A DNA stretch of 62,358 nt, counting the filler, from Candidatus Delongbacteria bacterium (GTDB taxonomy: Bacteria; UBA4055): assembly GCA_016937995.1 (NCBI GenBank). It is 4 parts of 4 records of this genome, joined end to end, with 100 filler letters (N's around TTAATTAATTAA, not from the genome) between each part and the next. Parts side by side here need not be neighbours in the genome. Positions count along the whole stretch, not along the records: positions 56,267 to 62,358 come from JAFGVM010000027.1; 3 more parts are not named here. One strand, given 5' to 3'. The notes under the pieces are model-generated. The model saw only the letters and a list, made by a program, of their open reading frames with translations. It ran no database searches and was not told where the DNA came from. Of the stretch, positions 58,019-62,358 are shown piece after piece. The position numbers and the translations under genes are program-made. Each line of letters starts with the position of its first letter. Position 1 is the first letter of the stretch.

Positions 58019-59056
58019 TTATATTTTTTTTAATCCCTTAAGCTGTTCAGCAGTAAATATCCCTTTTTCAGTTATAAAACCGGTAATTAATCTTGCCGGA
58101 GTAATATCGAATCCATGATTAAGAGCAGGTGATGGTGTATGTGTAAGCGGTACACCTTTTTCAAACTTGATCTCATCTTCGCTTCTTATTTCAATAGGTA
58201 TCTCTTTACCAGATAAAATCCCGAAGTCAATAGTTGAGATGGGAGCAGCTATATAAAAAGGTATATTGTTATCATAAGCTGCCAGGGCTTTCAGATACGT
58301 TCCTATCTTATTTGCAGTATCGCCGTTCAGAGCAATTCTGTCAGCTCCTGTTATAACAATATCAACATCACCGTTCTGCATAAGAAGTCCACCAGCATTA
58401 TCAGTCACAACAATATGTGAAATTTTTTCATGATAGTATTCCCAGGCAGTGAGTTTGCCTCCCTGATTTCTTGGTCTGGTCTCATCTACCCAGACATGAA
58501 TGTCCATTCCTCTTGAAACTGCCTCAAAAACCGGTGCGGAAGCAGTTCCGTGATCAACAGTTGCCAGCCAGCCTGCATTACAATGCGTAAGTACATTCAC
58601 TGATCCGTTATTATTCAATTCTCTGAGGATGGTATAGCCGTACTCTCCGATCCTTTTACAAGCTTTGATCTCGCTTTTATAAAGTTCATCAGCTTTGAAT
58701 AAAGCATCTTCTGAAGGATCTTCTGTATTTGAATTCAATGCATGTTCATAAACCAGATCAACTGCAAACTGCAAATTAACAGCTGTTGGACGGGCATTCT
58801 TAAGTGCTGTGATCTTATTGTTCAATCTCTGGTGATCATCTCCCGATTCTTTAAAAGCGTAATATACTCCATAAGCACCTGCAACTCCGATCAACGGTGC
58901 TCCACGAACTTTCATGCTCTTAATTGCATCAATGATATCATCGCTGGATCTCAGGTCAATTATCTTGAATTCTTCTGGTAGCAGTGTTTGATCTATTATT
59001 TTAGCGATCCCATTTTCGAACCACAGAGAAGTATATTTCTTACCGTTGTATTTCAT
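58019..59056 (-). CDS. mtnA: S-methyl-5-thioribose-1-phosphate isomerase
   Basis: DQTLLP, VRGAPLIG, RPTAVNL, LTHCNAGWLAT, DETRPRNQG, ANKIGTY. Confidence 0.96.
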   Translation of the reverse strand: MKYNGKKYTSLWFENGIAKIIDQTLLPEEFKIIDLRSSDDIIDAIKSMKVRGAPLIGVAGAYGVYYAFKESGDDHQRLNNKITALKNARPTAVNLQFAVDLVYEHALNSNTEDPSEDALFKADELYKSEIKACKRIGEYGYTILRELNNNGSVNVLTHCNAGWLATVDHGTASAPVFEAVSRGMDIHVWVDETRPRNQGGKLTAWEYYHEKISHIVVTDNAGGLLMQNGDVDIVITGADRIALNGDTANKIGTYLKALAAYDNNIPFYIAAPISTIDFGILSGKEIPIEIRSEDEIKFEKGVPLTHTPSPALNHGFDITPARLITGFITEKGIFTAEQLKGLKKI

Positions 59057-59128
59057 TTACCGGATTCTCAATTATTTGTTTGAAAGATAGAATTTAATAT
59101 AGATTGGTGCAATCGTAAAAAAATATTA

Positions 59129-59155
59129 AAAAAGCCGTGAAATTCACGGCTTTTT
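59129..59155 (-). terminator. Intrinsic terminator after mscS
   Basis: AAAAAGCCGTGAA-A-TTCACGGCTTTTT. Confidence 0.85.
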
Positions 59156-59160
59156 AGTAT

Positions 59161-60222
59161 CTAAACTAATTCTTTCTTATATATAGTCTGAGTCGGATAA
59201 GCAAATTCCAATCCGTTTTCATTGAACTGTCTAAGGACCTGCAGATTCACCTTAGATTGTGTAGCCAGAATATCAGCTTCTTTTCTAATGTAATATATAA
59301 ACAATATCCCCAGATTGAAATCACCCCAGTTATTGAAAGAAATTATTCTGTCTAGAGTCAAGCAATCCTGATTAGCATTTACAATATCATCAAGTATCTT
59401 CATTGCCAGTTCCATTTTGTCGGGAGTGGTATCGTAGGTCAATCCTAAACTTACAGATACCTTTCTGGAAGGTTCAATAGAGATGTTTTCAATACTTGAT
59501 TCAGAAAAATTAGCGTTTGGAACAGTTATGATCCTTCCCATCAGAGTTTTTATTCTTGTACTTCTTATACCTACTTCAGTAACAAAACCATCCTGACCGC
59601 TGATGATTATCCTGTCACCGAGCTTAAAAGGTTTATCAAGGAAGATCATTATCCCACCGAAGATATTTTTTACAGTGTCCTGAGCTGCTAATGCTAAAGC
59701 CAGTCCACCTATTCCAAGACCAGCTATTAAAGCCATGATGTCAAATCCTGCATTATCAAGACCTATTATAATACCCATAGACCAGAGAAGTGCTTTCATC
59801 CCTTTGCGTATAATAGGTACTATCTGATCATCAAAAGTATTTTCAGACTTTACAGTATATGGTATGACAAGTTCTGTAAAAACAGCATCTATTGCTCTTA
59901 CAAGCAACCATGTAATATTAAATATCAGGATGAATGTAAAAGCATGAGCTATAATAGTATGAGTTTTTGGGGAAAAAGTAAGTCTGTCAAGCCCCAACCA
60001 TGCACCACCAATGATGAAGGCATATATTATCGGTTTTTCAAGTACTTGTATCAGTACATCATCCAGTCTGGTTTTAGTTTTGGATATAAGTTTTTTTATG
60101 ACCGCACTAAATATCCAATATATTATTTTTGATACTATAATACCTCCGATAATGAAAAGCAGAGATATGAACCAGTCTTCAGCTGTGTTGTTGTAATATG
60201 TCTTAGCTAAAAATTCTTTCAT
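59161..60222 (-). CDS. mscS: Small-conductance mechanosensitive channel family protein
   Basis: AGLGIGGLALALAAQD, PFKLGD, G.V.EVGIRSTRI, FAYPTQT. Confidence 0.93.
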   Translation of the reverse strand: MKEFLAKTYYNNTAEDWFISLLFIIGGIIVSKIIYWIFSAVIKKLISKTKTRLDDVLIQVLEKPIIYAFIIGGAWLGLDRLTFSPKTHTIIAHAFTFILIFNITWLLVRAIDAVFTELVIPYTVKSENTFDDQIVPIIRKGMKALLWSMGIIIGLDNAGFDIMALIAGLGIGGLALALAAQDTVKNIFGGIMIFLDKPFKLGDRIIISGQDGFVTEVGIRSTRIKTLMGRIITVPNANFSESSIENISIEPSRKVSVSLGLTYDTTPDKMELAMKILDDIVNANQDCLTLDRIISFNNWGDFNLGILFIYYIRKEADILATQSKVNLQVLRQFNENGLEFAYPTQTIYKKELV

Positions 60223-60365
60223 GAATATTTCCTCTTTATTTTTTTGAGAATATAATAAATTTTAAAGCTAAATGTCAAGGTGTATGATGCTTTCTATTTT
60301 AGAAGAATTCTTGCTTATTTATTGATAAAATGATAAATTCATTAATTAAAACAAGGCAAAAAGTT

Positions 60366-61538
60366 ATGTTAGATGAATTACAAAATTTCATAAATGATTT
60401 TAAAGAATCTCTTGAAGGTCATACTTTTGTTAAGATGATCCTCAGCAAACCCTATGAAAAGAGTTATGATATAAAAAAGATCACAGTTAATATGGTTGAG
60501 ATCAGATCTTCAAGGATGCTCTCGTTTCTTTTTACCTACAAAACAAAAGATGTAACAAAGAATTATACATTTGATGATGGTTTAGTCGAAGTTGAAAAAC
60601 TTCTCAATGAAAGTATGAAAAATTGCGCTCTTTTCACTACAGAGAGCACAATTGATCTAAATATTTCTAAAAAGAAAAAAGTTCTCATCAGCAGATCAAA
60701 GCCAATATATAAATCCTTGATCGAGCCTGAGATCAACAGGATGAAGAAGAGGAATATTACTATTGAAAATAATGTATATCTACACAAGTTAGGTGTTGCA
60801 ACTTCGAAGAATATATTAATTAAGAATATGCAGGGCAAGTTCAAGCAGATCAACAGGTTCGTTGAGACTATAGATGGTCTTATAAAGTCTTCAGTTTTGA
60901 AAGATACCCGAAATATCACTGTAGCTGATATGGGATCGGGGAAGGGGTATCTTACTTTTGCAGTTTATGATCATTTAGTAAATAACTTGAAGATCACTGC
61001 AGAAGTCACTGGAGTGGAGCTGAGACAGGGGTTGATCGATACTTGTAATGTTATTGCAAACGAATGTGGATTTGCCGGCCTTAAATTTGTACAAGGGACA
61101 ATAAATGACTATACAGGACAGGCTTCTCAAATGCTTATAGCGCTCCATGCCTGTGATACTGCTACTGATGATGCAATTTTCAAAGGAATTACTACGGGTT
61201 CTGAGATAATCGTTGTTTCACCTTGCTGTCATAAACAGGTTAGAAAAGAATTGAATATTACTAACGAATTGAAAGAGATCACTCAGCATGGGATTTTGGA
61301 AGAACGTATGGCTGAAATGGTAACTGATACAATGAGAGGATTGATGCTGGAAGCTTACGGTTACAAGACGAAAATATTCGAATATATCTCTGATGAACAT
61401 ACTCATAAAAACTTAATGATATCTGCTGTTAAAACTTCTAATAAAATAGACAAAGATGGAATTCTAAATAGATTGATTGCATTAAAAAAGACTTTCGGGA
61501 TAGAGAAATTCTATCTTGAAGAGCTGATGAAAAATTAA
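60366..61538 (+). CDS. SAM-dependent methyltransferase (Methyltransf_32-like)
   Basis: KFKQINRF, DMGSGKGYLTF, IALHACDTATD, PCCH. Start 60366 or 60330. Confidence 0.88.
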   Translation: MLDELQNFINDFKESLEGHTFVKMILSKPYEKSYDIKKITVNMVEIRSSRMLSFLFTYKTKDVTKNYTFDDGLVEVEKLLNESMKNCALFTTESTIDLNISKKKKVLISRSKPIYKSLIEPEINRMKKRNITIENNVYLHKLGVATSKNILIKNMQGKFKQINRFVETIDGLIKSSVLKDTRNITVADMGSGKGYLTFAVYDHLVNNLKITAEVTGVELRQGLIDTCNVIANECGFAGLKFVQGTINDYTGQASQMLIALHACDTATDDAIFKGITTGSEIIVVSPCCHKQVRKELNITNELKEITQHGILEERMAEMVTDTMRGLMLEAYGYKTKIFEYISDEHTHKNLMISAVKTSNKIDKDGILNRLIALKKTFGIEKFYLEELMKN

Positions 61539-61539
61539 T

Positions 61540-62358
61540 TTATTTGTTTCTGACGAGCCTGATACCAATAGACCCTGAAGATATCTCAGCATTTCTCCTG
61601 GTAACTCTCATCCAGTCTTTACCATCATGGAAGTAACCGCCTCTATAGACATGACCTTTCGAACCTGTTTTGGGTCCTTTTGGATTATCTTCTGGGCTTT
61701 CTCTGTAATAATTTTCATCATACCAGTCCCAACACCATTCATTGGTATTCCCGCTCATATCAAAAATTCCCAGCTCGTTCGGTTTTAGTTTTCCAGGGGG
61801 GTTCATACGATTATTACTGTCAGGATAATAATAATTCCCCCATGCCACTTCTTTTTCATCATTACTACCACTGTAGATAAACCCTTTACTTTTATTTCCG
61901 CCTCTTGCAGCATACTCCCATTCAGCTTCTGTGGGCATCCTGTATCCGTTATTATTCCATTTACATCTCACGATGTAATTGTTTAAAGTAGATTTGTTAA
62001 AAGGATCCTTTCTATCCTTCACAATTAAATAGCACGAATCAAGTCCTTCTCTGTTGCTGATCAAATTACAGAATTCAGCTACCTCAAGAAATGATACATA
62101 GCAGACAGGTAACTCGGGATCGCATTCTTCATCATAAGCTAACCAATGTTTACCAAAATGTTCTTTTACGGGTTCATATCCCATAAATTCAGTCCATTTT
62201 CTCTGGGTCACTTCGTATTTTGCAATATAAAAACTATCTATCTTTACAGTATGCACAGGTTTCTGATTTTCCAGATCATCCTGTGATCCCATCTTAAAAG
62301 ACCCTCCTTCCACAGCGACCATTTGAAATCCTGATGATGAAGTAAAATCTTTAAATTC
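61540..62358 (-). CDS. Formylglycine-generating enzyme (SUMF1/FGE-sulfatase) domain protein, 5' end beyond window
   Basis: GGSFKMG, KYEVTQ, YRMPTEAEWEYAARGG, DMSGN..EWCWD, RGG; frame stays open to the window end. Confidence 0.9.
   Translation of the reverse strand, partial: EFKDFTSSSGFQMVAVEGGSFKMGSQDDLENQKPVHTVKIDSFYIAKYEVTQRKWTEFMGYEPVKEHFGKHWLAYDEECDPELPVCYVSFLEVAEFCNLISNREGLDSCYLIVKDRKDPFNKSTLNNYIVRCKWNNNGYRMPTEAEWEYAARGGNKSKGFIYSGSNDEKEVAWGNYYYPDSNNRMNPPGKLKPNELGIFDMSGNTNEWCWDWYDENYYRESPEDNPKGPKTGSKGHVYRGGYFHDGKDWMRVTRRNAEISSGSIGIRLVRNK

Noticed and set aside
2584-61880. Many 60-145 aa ORFs antisense to or overlapping real genes (e.g. 2584-3021, 22626-23000, 42155-42577, 6989-7180)
   Set aside because: Shadow ORFs with no RBS or motifs; the opposite strand has clear genes.
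61540-62358. FGE/C-type-lectin-fold gene as a diversity-generating retroelement target
   Set aside because: No template repeat or reverse transcriptase seen in the window.

Overview
AT-rich bacterial DNA from a draft assembly. Four contigs are joined by artificial N44-TTAATTAATTAA-N44 linkers (15477-15576, 46944-47043, 56167-56266), so adjacency across those gaps is not evidence. The secreted proteins with 'QNYPNPFNP...KKM.L.K' C-terminal sorting domains and the hydrogenase-type regulatory cassette suggest an anaerobic FCB-group diderm (inference only). Most of the window is housekeeping: a TetR-controlled Lol-like ABC/LolA/outer-membrane operon, a cold-shock gene, frr, argS, tldD/pmbA, ybeY, tig-clpP-clpX, a polyamine cluster, rpmF-plsX-fabHDG, uppP, tRNA-Arg(CCG), tkt, mtnA and mscS. 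There is also an array of secreted CTD-bearing proteins (47-58 kb). Best candidate for novelty: the two in-frame ORFs at 56406-57953 look like one secreted selenoprotein (signal peptide, thioredoxin fold with U-S-T-C at an in-frame TGA, SECIS-like hairpin, T9SS-type CTD). Other highlights are an uncalled 45-aa ArfA-like ORF upstream of the cold-shock gene, a 173-bp MITE-like palindrome with 22-bp perfect TIRs, two covarying copies of a structured RPE-like repeat, palindromes inserted in frame within genes, and a kinase-STAND gene overlapping a T7-lysozyme-like amidase gene.
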